A program made the translations under genes and the position numbers. A DNA stretch of 64,000 nt from the NCBI GenBank assembly GCA_963725665.1, contig CAVRZA010000004.1:384001-448000 (forward strand), given 5' to 3'. Position 1 is the first letter of the stretch; each line of letters opens with the position of its first letter. This document shows positions 34,123 through 42,056 of the stretch, piece by piece. This stretch comes from an uncultured Actinomycetes bacterium. Lineage in GTDB: Bacteria > Actinomycetota > Thermoleophilia > UBA2241. The notes under the pieces were generated by a model. The model searched no databases. It saw only the letters and a list, made by a program, of their open reading frames with translations, and had not been told where the DNA came from.

Positions 34123-34172
34123 CGCGTGTAGAATGGCGTGGCTCGCCGCAGACCAGGACGACAGGAGGACGG

Positions 34173-34826
34173 GTGACCGCCAAAGGGCCGCGCGGTGAGT
34201 CGGAGCCGCGGAGGATCTCGCTCGATGACCCCATGGCGACGCTCCCTTCCACGGCGCAGCGCATCCTCGCCGCGGCGCGCGGACTGCTCGAGGTGGACGG
34301 CTTCAGCGCCCTGCGGCTGCAGGCGATCTCGCGGGCGTCTGGCGAGCCAAAGGCGAGCATCGCGTACTACTTCGGCAACAAAGCTGGCCTCGTCGAAGCG
34401 CTCGTCGACTCGTTGATCCACGACGCCAACCTGGCGCTCATCACCGAGACCGAGTTGCTCCCGCTGGGGCAGGAGCGCGTTCATGCGCTCGTCGACGGCG
34501 AGACGCGCATCGTGGCGGACAGCGAGTCGTTTCGCGCCTTCTTCGACGTGCTTCCGCACGTGCTACGCGACGACCGTCTGCGGCCGCGCGTCGCCCGGCT
34601 CTACGACGGCTACCGGGAGACTGTGCTGCGCTGCCTGGGTGCCGGCACCCAGGCAGCGCAGCACAGTCTCCTCCCGCTGGCCATGCTGATGATCGCCATC
34701 GTCGACGGACTGGCCGTCCAGAGAGAGCTCGATCCCGAGCGCGTCGACGTGGCGTCGGCCACGCGGCTCTGGGAGGAGATGATGCAGACGTTCATGGCGC
34801 GCAAGGAGGAGGAGGAATCTCTATGA
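34173..34826 (+). CDS. TetR-family regulator (last three codons supplied by the IS)
   Basis: RILAAARGLL...GFSAL...IAYYFGNKAGL HTH; GGAGG SD before GTG 34173. Confidence 0.92.
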   Translation: MTAKGPRGESEPRRISLDDPMATLPSTAQRILAAARGLLEVDGFSALRLQAISRASGEPKASIAYYFGNKAGLVEALVDSLIHDANLALITETELLPLGQERVHALVDGETRIVADSESFRAFFDVLPHVLRDDRLRPRVARLYDGYRETVLRCLGAGTQAAQHSLLPLAMLMIAIVDGLAVQRELDPERVDVASATRLWEEMMQTFMARKEEEESL

Positions 34827-34831
34827 CGATG

Positions 34832-36004
34832 TCAAGCCGCCGCGGCGGACCTGAACATCGTCTCGTCGCGAAGCATCGCCCAGATGACGTTCACCCGCCG
34901 CCGGGCAAGCGCGATCACGGCTTGGTGATGGCGCTTGCCCTCGGCCCGCTTGCGGTCGTAGAAGGCGCGCGAGGGCGGGCTGCGCAGACTGGCGAAGGCG
35001 GATTGGTAGAAGACCCGCTTAAGGACCTTGTTGCCCCCCTGCATACGGCGCACGTTGCCGCTTCGTTTGCCCGAGTCGCGGGCCACCGGGATGAGGCCGG
35101 CGTAGGCGGCCAGGTGGTCGGCGGAGGCGAAGCTGCTCAGCTCGCCCACCGCCACCAGGAACTCAGCGCCCAGGCGGGGGCCCATGCCCGGCAGGCTCAC
35201 CAGGATCTCCGCCTGGGGGTGGGAGAAAAAACGCCGCTCGAGCTCCTGGTCGAGCCGCGCCAGGCGCTCCTTTGTGGCCAGCACCTCGCTCGCCAGGTCG
35301 GCGACGATCGCGGCGCTCACCTCCTCGGCGGGCAGAGAAACGCTCTGGGCGCCCGCCGCCTTAAGGGCGCTCTCGGCCAGCTTGGCCGCTCCCCGGCAGC
35401 CGCGGGCGCGCAGGTAGGCCTCCAGGCGGCGGGCGCCGGCGCGGCGTACCTCGACCGGCGTGCGGTAGCGCTGCACGAGGAGCAGGGCGCCCTTGGTGGT
35501 GAGGTCCAGGGCGCGCTCCAGGCCGGGGAAGACGCCCACCAGCGCCGCGCGCAGGCGGGTGACGGCCCGTGTCTGGTCTTGAACCAGGTCGCGCCGCCGC
35601 GAGGTCAGCAGGGCCAGCTCGGCCAGCACCGCCTCGCTGGGGCGCAGCTCGGAAAGGTCACGGCGCGTGCGTGCCTGTTCGGCGATGATGCGCGCATCGC
35701 GGGCGTCGGTCTTGGCCTCTCCCCGGTAGGCGTCGCGGGAGCGGTTCACGGCCACGCCCGGCAGGTAGAGCACGCGCTCCTCGCCGCTCCACAGCACGGC
35801 CAGGGCGAGGGCGGCGACGCCGCCGGGGATGTCGAGAGCCCAGGTCGTCTGGCCGGCCTGAGCTCTGGCCTCGGCGATCAGCCGCCGCAGCTCGTCCTCG
35901 TCGTTCTCCACCCGGCGAGAGAAGACGAGGCGTCCCTCCTCATCGATCGCCGCCGCCCAGTGGAAGTCCTTGCCCGCGTCGATGCCCACCCACAGCCCAG
36001 CCAT
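34832..36004 (-). CDS. IS110 recombinase (transposase)
   Basis: WVGIDAGKDFH, ALDI, AKTDARDA (RuvC-like acidic residues); SLPGMG, LAAYAGLIPVARDSGK (serine loop) and ALARR. Confidence 0.96.
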   Translation of the reverse strand: MAGLWVGIDAGKDFHWAAAIDEEGRLVFSRRVENDEDELRRLIAEARAQAGQTTWALDIPGGVAALALAVLWSGEERVLYLPGVAVNRSRDAYRGEAKTDARDARIIAEQARTRRDLSELRPSEAVLAELALLTSRRRDLVQDQTRAVTRLRAALVGVFPGLERALDLTTKGALLLVQRYRTPVEVRRAGARRLEAYLRARGCRGAAKLAESALKAAGAQSVSLPAEEVSAAIVADLASEVLATKERLARLDQELERRFFSHPQAEILVSLPGMGPRLGAEFLVAVGELSSFASADHLAAYAGLIPVARDSGKRSGNVRRMQGGNKVLKRVFYQSAFASLRSPPSRAFYDRKRAEGKRHHQAVIALARRRVNVIWAMLRDETMFRSAAAA

Positions 36005-36039
36005 GGCCACCTCCTCGCTTCCGCCGACCCCTTGCCCGT

Positions 36040-36235
36040 GGAGCACCCCGCCGGCACCTCCCTACACAGCGATCGCTCGCCGATCTCTATCAGCGGTCAG
36101 GGCGTCCAAAGGGGCCGAGGGGCCATTCCTCCCGAGCCATGCGAGCGGCAGAGACATGACAGCCATCCTCGACCCTTCTGGGCGTCCCGGACGCTACCGC
36201 AAAGAGGGCTCACAGCAAAGAATCCGTACGCCACA
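36040..36235 (-). ncRNA. Predicted IS110 bridge RNA (boundaries approximate)
   Basis: Four ordered segments matching the target and the element ends: TCATGTCTC, GGAGGA, ATAGAGAT and GTAGGGA. Confidence 0.72.
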
Positions 36236-36253
36236 GGAGAAAGGTAGGGAGGC

Positions 36254-37267
36254 GTGAAGGCGGCGGTCGTATGGGACCCGGCCTACCTGGAGCACGAGAT
36301 GGGTGGGCACCCGGAGGGAGCCGACAGGCTCTCGCACATCCTCGGCTACCTCGAGGCGAGCGATCTCTGGGCCCGTCTTACGGTGGTGAGCCCGCACGCG
36401 GCGACCATCGACGACCTGCTCGCGGTCCACACGCGCGCCTACGTCGAGATCGTCCGTCAGGCCGCCGCGAGCGGCGGCCGCTGGCTCGACCCCGACACCT
36501 ACGTCTCCCCGCGCAGCTTCGACATCGCCCTGCTGGCCGCCGGAGGAGCGCTCGACGCACTGGGCGGCTTCGAGCTCGGGGAGGCCCGCTTCGCGCTCGT
36601 GCGCCCGCCGGGCCATCACGCGCTCCCCGACCGCGCCATGGGGTTCTGCCTCTTCAACAACATCGCCATCGCCGCGCACCGGCTGCTGGCCGAAGGCCTC
36701 GAGCGCATCGCCATCGTGGACTGGGACGTGCACCACGGCAACGGCACGCAGGCCACCTTCATCGACGAGCCGCGGGTGCTCTTCTTCTCGCTGCACCAGT
36801 GGCCGCTCTACCCGGGCAGTGGGTGGTTCGACGAGTGTGGCGTGGGTGAGGGGGAGGGCTACACCGTCAACGTCCCGCTGCCTCCGGGGAGCCACGACGG
36901 CGACTATGCGAGGGCCTTCGACGAGATCGTCGGACCGATCGTCGATCTCTACCGGCCTCAGGCCGTGCTCGTCTCCGCCGGACAGGATCCGCATGCCGAC
37001 GACCCCTTGGCCAGCATGTCGCTCACCGAGGGCGGGTTCGCCCGGCTGGCCCGTCGCGTGCAGGAGCTCGCGCAGCGCCACTGCGAGGGCCGCCTGGCGC
37101 TGACCCTTGAGGGCGGCTACGAGCGCACAGCGACGGCGCACTCCGTGGCCGCCATCTTGCGCGCGCTTCTCGATGAGGATGCACCTGAGGTGGGGGGCGA
37201 GTCGGGTCGCGCCGCCGCCGCTATCGAGCAGGCCCTCAGCGTGCAGCGGGCCTACTGGGAGGTCTAG
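36254..37267 (+). CDS. Histone-deacetylase-family amidohydrolase
   Basis: HPE, RPPGHHA, GFCLFNN, DWDVHHGNGT, SAGQD and LEGGY. Confidence 0.95.
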   Translation: MKAAVVWDPAYLEHEMGGHPEGADRLSHILGYLEASDLWARLTVVSPHAATIDDLLAVHTRAYVEIVRQAAASGGRWLDPDTYVSPRSFDIALLAAGGALDALGGFELGEARFALVRPPGHHALPDRAMGFCLFNNIAIAAHRLLAEGLERIAIVDWDVHHGNGTQATFIDEPRVLFFSLHQWPLYPGSGWFDECGVGEGEGYTVNVPLPPGSHDGDYARAFDEIVGPIVDLYRPQAVLVSAGQDPHADDPLASMSLTEGGFARLARRVQELAQRHCEGRLALTLEGGYERTATAHSVAAILRALLDEDAPEVGGESGRAAAAIEQALSVQRAYWEV

Positions 37268-37317
37268 ACGCGACGCGCGCCGGCGCGCCCTCGGGCGCGG
37301 CGACGCGCGTCGCGTCT
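37266..37317. terminator. Hairpin between convergent genes
   Basis: AGACGCGACGCGCG...CGCGCGTCGCGTCT inverted repeat. Confidence 0.55.
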
Positions 37318-37351
37318 GCCGGGCCGCATCGCCACGCCCGGAGGCTCGCTT

Positions 37352-38386
37352 TCAGTACTCGACGTCCTCGGCAGTGACGCGGCCCGCGAAGACGCGGTTC
37401 ACGTAGACGGAGTAGGCGATGACCACAGGTACGGCGATCACCGCCACCACTAGCATCAGCACCTGCGTCAGGTGCCCGGAGGCCGCGTTCGAGACCGTGA
37501 CGGCCAGGTCCTTGCTGGCGTCCGAGCGGATCAGCGCGGGATACATGCCGGCCGCGGCGACACCGATGAGCCCGCCGATTGCGATCACCGTGCCGAGAAA
37601 GGCCCGCCAGTCGTTCCCGGTCAGCATGGCCCAGCGGGCGTAGCCGAGGCCGCCGATCAGCACGACCAGCATGAGCCAGCCGGCGGGCCCACCCAGGCCG
37701 TTGCTGAGCTGCTCTTTGGCGACGCTGTTGACGGAGGTAGCCGCCGTGACGACCACGAAGAGCACTACGAAGACGATCTGCATCACCGAGCGCGCCGCGG
37801 CCGTACGTCTCTGGAGGGCTCCTTCAGTCTTCAATGCCGCCCACGATGCCCCCACCATCAGGAACATGGCGAGACCCGTGAGGCCCACGAGCAGCGTGTA
37901 AGGGGTGATGAGGGCGAAGAGCGAGGAGCTCGTGACGTGTGGTCCGCCCCTGCCGGCACGTAGCCCTATCCCCTCGATCAGGTTGCCGACAGCGACGCCG
38001 AAGAGCAGCGCCGGGAGAAGGCTGCCGAGGAAGAACGCCACGTCGAAGACGAATCGCCAGGGGTCTGCTCCGTGGCTGCGGAACTCGAGCGACACGGCGC
38101 GCAGGATCAGGCCGAAGAGGACGAGCATGATGGCGAGGTAGAACGCGCTCATAGCGTTGGCATAGGCGAGGGGGAAGGCGCCGAAGAGGGCGCCCCCGGC
38201 CACGAGGAGCCACACCTCGTTGCCGTCCCAGAGCGGACCTATCGACTGTCGCAGTAGACGCCGTTCCTCTTCGTTGCGCGTGAGGAACGGATAGAGGACC
38301 CCGATGCCCAGGTCGTAGCCGTCGGTAACGGCGTAGATGGCGAGCAACAGGCCGACGAGCAGGAACCAGATCCATTGGAGGCTCAT
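37352..38386 (-). CDS. cydB: Cytochrome bd oxidase subunit II
   Basis: DGYDLGIG, IGPLWDGNEVWL and LRAVSLEFR. Confidence 0.96.
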   Translation of the reverse strand: MSLQWIWFLLVGLLLAIYAVTDGYDLGIGVLYPFLTRNEEERRLLRQSIGPLWDGNEVWLLVAGGALFGAFPLAYANAMSAFYLAIMLVLFGLILRAVSLEFRSHGADPWRFVFDVAFFLGSLLPALLFGVAVGNLIEGIGLRAGRGGPHVTSSSLFALITPYTLLVGLTGLAMFLMVGASWAALKTEGALQRRTAAARSVMQIVFVVLFVVVTAATSVNSVAKEQLSNGLGGPAGWLMLVVLIGGLGYARWAMLTGNDWRAFLGTVIAIGGLIGVAAAGMYPALIRSDASKDLAVTVSNAASGHLTQVLMLVVAVIAVPVVIAYSVYVNRVFAGRVTAEDVEY

Positions 38387-38390
38387 CTCA

Positions 38391-39755
38391 TCACCTCCCC
38401 TGCGCGCCGGCGGCGGCGACACTGCCGCCGCTCTGCGGCAGCTCGACGGGGACGCGTTCGGGACCCTTCAAGACGAAGCTCGTCATGACCCACGCCCAGG
38501 CGATGAACAGCAGCGCGTAGATCATGGCGAACAGGGCCAGGCTGGCCGCCACTTGCCAGGCCGTCACCGTTGGCGAGGCGCCCGCGGACGTGCGCATAAG
38601 GTCGTAGACGACCCAGGGCTGGCGGCCCACCTCGGCCGTGATCCAGCCGAGCATTATGGCCGCCCACGGCAGGGGCACGGCGATCACCATGATCCACAGG
38701 AACCAGCGGTGGTAGGCGAGCCGGCGTCGCCACAGAAGCCACGCCGCGATGAGCATGATGAGGACGAAAAGCATGCCGAGACCGACCATCAGGTGCCACG
38801 ACTGGAAGACGATCTCGATGGGTGGCCAGTCCCTTTGCGGAAAACGGTCGAGGCCGGTCACGACGGCGTTCGGATCGCGGTCCGCGAGCAGGCTCAGACC
38901 CTTCGGGATCGAGGGGCCGTAGACCTTCTGGCCGTTGATGTCGACGATGCCGAACAAGTAGAGCGGCGCCCCTGCCTTCGTCTCGAAGAGGCCCTCCATG
39001 GCCGCCAGTTTGGCCGGCTGGTGGGCGACCACGACACGGGCGCTCCAGTCACCGATGATGGGGAGCATCACCGCCGAGATCAGCCCCACGGCGATCGCCG
39101 ACGGCAGGGCGCGGTGGGCGAACTGCAGGTGGCGCCCCTTGAGGATGTAGTAGGCGCTGATCGACATGACGACGAAGGCGCCCAGCAGCCAGGCCGCCAG
39201 CACGGTGTGCAGCACGCGCGGGACGGTGGAGTAGTTGATGAGAGCCGCCCACACGTTCGAGAGCTCCGCACGGCCGTCGACGATCTTGTAGCCGGCCGGC
39301 GTCTGCTGCCACGAGTTAGCGATCAGGATCCACACGGCGGACAGGTGGGCGCCGCTGGCGACGAGCCAGGCGGAGAGGTAGTAGAACCTCTTCGAGACGC
39401 GCTTGCGGCCGAAGATGAGGACGCCCATGAAGGTGGACTCGAGGAAGAAGGCGAGCAGTCCCTCGATCGCGAGCGGGGCGCCGAAGACGCCGCCGACGAA
39501 GGTCGAGTAGTTGGACCAGTTGGTGCCGAACGCGAACTCCATGGGCACGCCTGTGGCGACGCCGATGGCCACGTTGACGACGAAGAGCTTGAGCCAGAAC
39601 GTCGCCGCCTGCTTGTCGACCTCGAGGCCGCTCCTGTAGTAGCGACGCTCGGCGAGGACCAGCAGCAAGGAGAGTCCGATGGTCAACGGCGCGAAGATGA
39701 AATGGAAGCCGATCGTGAACGCGAACTGCAGCCGGTCCAGCAAGAGTGCGCTCAT
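38391..39755 (-). CDS. cydA: Cytochrome bd oxidase subunit I
   Basis: RLQFAFTIGFHFIF, FGTNW, AFFLESTF, QPAKLAAME, LMVGLG and EVGRQPW. Confidence 0.96.
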   Translation of the reverse strand: MSALLLDRLQFAFTIGFHFIFAPLTIGLSLLLVLAERRYYRSGLEVDKQAATFWLKLFVVNVAIGVATGVPMEFAFGTNWSNYSTFVGGVFGAPLAIEGLLAFFLESTFMGVLIFGRKRVSKRFYYLSAWLVASGAHLSAVWILIANSWQQTPAGYKIVDGRAELSNVWAALINYSTVPRVLHTVLAAWLLGAFVVMSISAYYILKGRHLQFAHRALPSAIAVGLISAVMLPIIGDWSARVVVAHQPAKLAAMEGLFETKAGAPLYLFGIVDINGQKVYGPSIPKGLSLLADRDPNAVVTGLDRFPQRDWPPIEIVFQSWHLMVGLGMLFVLIMLIAAWLLWRRRLAYHRWFLWIMVIAVPLPWAAIMLGWITAEVGRQPWVVYDLMRTSAGASPTVTAWQVAASLALFAMIYALLFIAWAWVMTSFVLKGPERVPVELPQSGGSVAAAGAQGR

Positions 39756-39908
39756 GAAGGTGGCGTGACCTCCCGGTAGAGATGGTGGGACGATAGCCGG
39801 CTGGGCCGGCGGCTGTTCTCGATGAGGGCCTCCTTTCGCTGTCGGCTCGCCGCGTAGCGCGGTCGCCGCTCGCAAGCGACGCGAGATCTCGCCTGCGTAC
39901 CCCGCGGT

Positions 39909-39938
39909 ATTACACCGGCCGCGTCGGCGGGCCGTCAA
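39909..39938 (-). promoter_or_regulatory. Putative cydAB promoter
   Basis: Minus-strand TTGACG-N18-TGTAAT. Confidence 0.5.
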
Positions 39939-40181
39939 TGTTTGGCCTCCGACGAGGACGGGTGGCGGCGCGCGCGACCTCGCGGCGCGCGCCGCCGCCC
40001 GCCCCGACAACGAGCATCGCCGACGGCGTCTAAAGAACGGTGACGGGCGGACCGAGTAGAGAGGGTAGATGCCCTGCGGCAGCGGCGCAACGTCACTCTG
40101 GTCGCTGATGCCCAACGTGTGCTACCATGCGTATCAGGGCCGGCCGGATGCCGGCTTTCGTGTTCTGGAGGTCGAGAGACG

Positions 40182-40538
40182 GTGCAGGTCGACGGAGTCC
40201 TCGAGTGCCACGAGTGCTCGATCGTCTGTGAGAAGGTGGTCTATCCGGCGGAGTGCCTGGCCGGCAACTGCCGCTACGTGTATGCGTTCCGCGAGGAAGG
40301 CCGCGTCTACTTCGGCTGCATCGAGAAGGTCTTCGTACACGAGATCGACCTTGAATCGTTTCACGACATCGAGCGCACCAAGGGCGGCTTCGGCGTCGTC
40401 AAGGCGTCGCGCCAGCCGCTCGAGTCGTGCTCCGTCGCCGTGCAGAGCTGCTACCAGTGCGCCGACAGCCCTCTCTGCCGCAACCTGTACTTCCGCAAGC
40501 GCGAACGGCGCGAGATCGAGGCGCTCGGCGAGGGTTAG
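40182..40538 (+). CDS. Small Cys-rich hypothetical protein
   Basis: Host-like codon usage; 10 Cys in 118 aa; TGC-TACCAT -10 upstream. Confidence 0.75.
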   Translation: MQVDGVLECHECSIVCEKVVYPAECLAGNCRYVYAFREEGRVYFGCIEKVFVHEIDLESFHDIERTKGGFGVVKASRQPLESCSVAVQSCYQCADSPLCRNLYFRKRERREIEALGEG

Positions 40539-40618
40539 GCCGGGGCCATGCTCGGCGCCGCGAGTGGGTCGGGGCCGGGGGTGGTACACTAGAGGAGCAG
40601 CGATCGGGCTGTCCTAGT

Positions 40619-40969
40619 GGGGGCGAATCGGTCTCGACATGGACGGACTCAGGTTGGAGCAGCAAGCCGAGGTCCGGTGGCCTCGTTAAACTGCCGGAAA
40701 CGAACATCTGCCGAGGATAACCTCGCGCTCGCTGCCTAAGTAGGCGGCGATGTCACCCCCGGTAGGCCCACGGCCGGGGACGTGGCATCAGCTAGTGGGC
40801 TAGGAGACCGCCGGTCGCCCCGGCCGGCGGCGACCGAAGCCAAGCGGGGCTGGCGCTGCGGATCCGGCCGACGCGGAGTCGCAGGGCGAGACGAAAAGCG
40901 ACGGCTAAGCTTGTAGAGACTCCGCTCGGGCGTCCGTGGACGCGGGTTCGAATCCCGCCGCCTCCACCA
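40619..40969 (+). ncRNA. ssrA: tmRNA; tag (A)AEDNLALAA
   Basis: GGGGGCG/CGCCTCC-ACCA acceptor stem with G3-U; T-arm GGGTTCGAATCCC; tag frame 40710-40739; TGG-TACACT -10 upstream. Confidence 0.96.
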
Positions 40970-41216
40970 CCTGCGTTCGTTGCCTGCCGCATTCCTTCCG
41001 CTCCTCCAACGTCGCTAACGGCTATCACCATCCTCGTAGCGGGTACGCAGGCTATGATGACGCTCTCCCTCGAGGGACAGGGAAGGTTCCCTCGCAAGGG
41101 TGACGACGGGCGAAGGCCGCGAGGATACCTTCTTGTGCGGGCCGGACAAGCTCGACCGGATCACAAGTGCGATGCGAGCCGTCCGCGGCAACGAACAGCC
41201 ACTTCAGGAGGCGGAC

Positions 41217-42056
41217 ATGGACGACGCGTTGAACCACGAAGAGCAGCGAGTCGCCCGCGAGAGAGGCGGCGCAAGCCCGGAGACCCTCGGACCTGAGGGC
41301 GATGGCGAGCGCGTCGTGGTGGCGCGCGAGCTCACGCGGCGATACGGCAGCGGCGACGCGGCGGTCGATGCGCTGCGCGGCGCCTCCGTCGATCTCTTGC
41401 GCGGCCAGTTCACGGCCGTCATGGGCCCCTCAGGATCGGGCAAGTCCACCCTCATGCACATCCTCGCCGGCCTCGACGAGGCGACCAGCGGTGAGGTGTG
41501 GATCGATGGGGTGAAGATCACCGGTATGAACGATCGCGAGCTGACGCAGCTGCGGCGCGAGAAGGTCGGCTTCATCTTCCAGCAGTTCAACCTGCTGCCG
41601 ATGCTGACCGGCGAGGAGAACGTGACCCTGCCGCTCGAGATAGCCGGCCGCAAGCCCGACCAGGGGTGGATGGCGCGGCTGATCGACGCCGTCGGTCTCG
41701 CCGATCGCAAGGGCCATCGCCCGGCGGAGATGTCAGGTGGCCAGCAACAGCGCGTGGCCGTCGCGCGGGCCCTCGTCAGCAAGCCCGCCGTGGTGTTCGC
41801 CGACGAGCCGACCGGCAACCTCGACTCGAAGACGAGCGACGAGGTGCTGGCGCTCCTGCGCCAGTCGGCCGACGAGTTCGGGCAGACCATCGTCATGGTG
41901 ACGCACGACCCGCACGCGGCGACCATAGCCGACCGCATCCTCTTCCTCCAGGACGGCGTGATCGTGCTCGACAAGGGCAAGATGGGGCGCGACGAGATCT
42001 ACGACGTGGTGAAATCGCTCGAGTCTGACGGTGGCGGGGGAGGGAGCTCGCGATGA
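41217..42056 (+). CDS. ABC transporter ATP-binding subunit (LolD/MacB type)
   Basis: GPSGSGKST, MSGGQQQRV, FADEPTGNLD and VTHD. Confidence 0.95.
   Translation: MDDALNHEEQRVARERGGASPETLGPEGDGERVVVARELTRRYGSGDAAVDALRGASVDLLRGQFTAVMGPSGSGKSTLMHILAGLDEATSGEVWIDGVKITGMNDRELTQLRREKVGFIFQQFNLLPMLTGEENVTLPLEIAGRKPDQGWMARLIDAVGLADRKGHRPAEMSGGQQQRVAVARALVSKPAVVFADEPTGNLDSKTSDEVLALLRQSADEFGQTIVMVTHDPHAATIADRILFLQDGVIVLDKGKMGRDEIYDVVKSLESDGGGGGSSR

Larger units (their letters stand above)
34823..36247 (+). other. Element-spanning antisense ORF, 474 aa (IS900 Hed-like)
   Basis: ATG 6 nt after the GGAGGA at the junction; open across the whole element including the non-coding end; TAG adjacent to the far core. 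Confidence 0.45.
34814..36250 (-). mobile_element. IS110-family element, IS900-like
   Basis: No terminal inverted repeats; GGA core at both junctions (34814-34816, 36248-36250); long non-coding end upstream of the recombinase; removal restores tetR...KEEEEA* overlapping the next GTG. Core length is ambiguous because of the GAG run. Confidence 0.92.
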
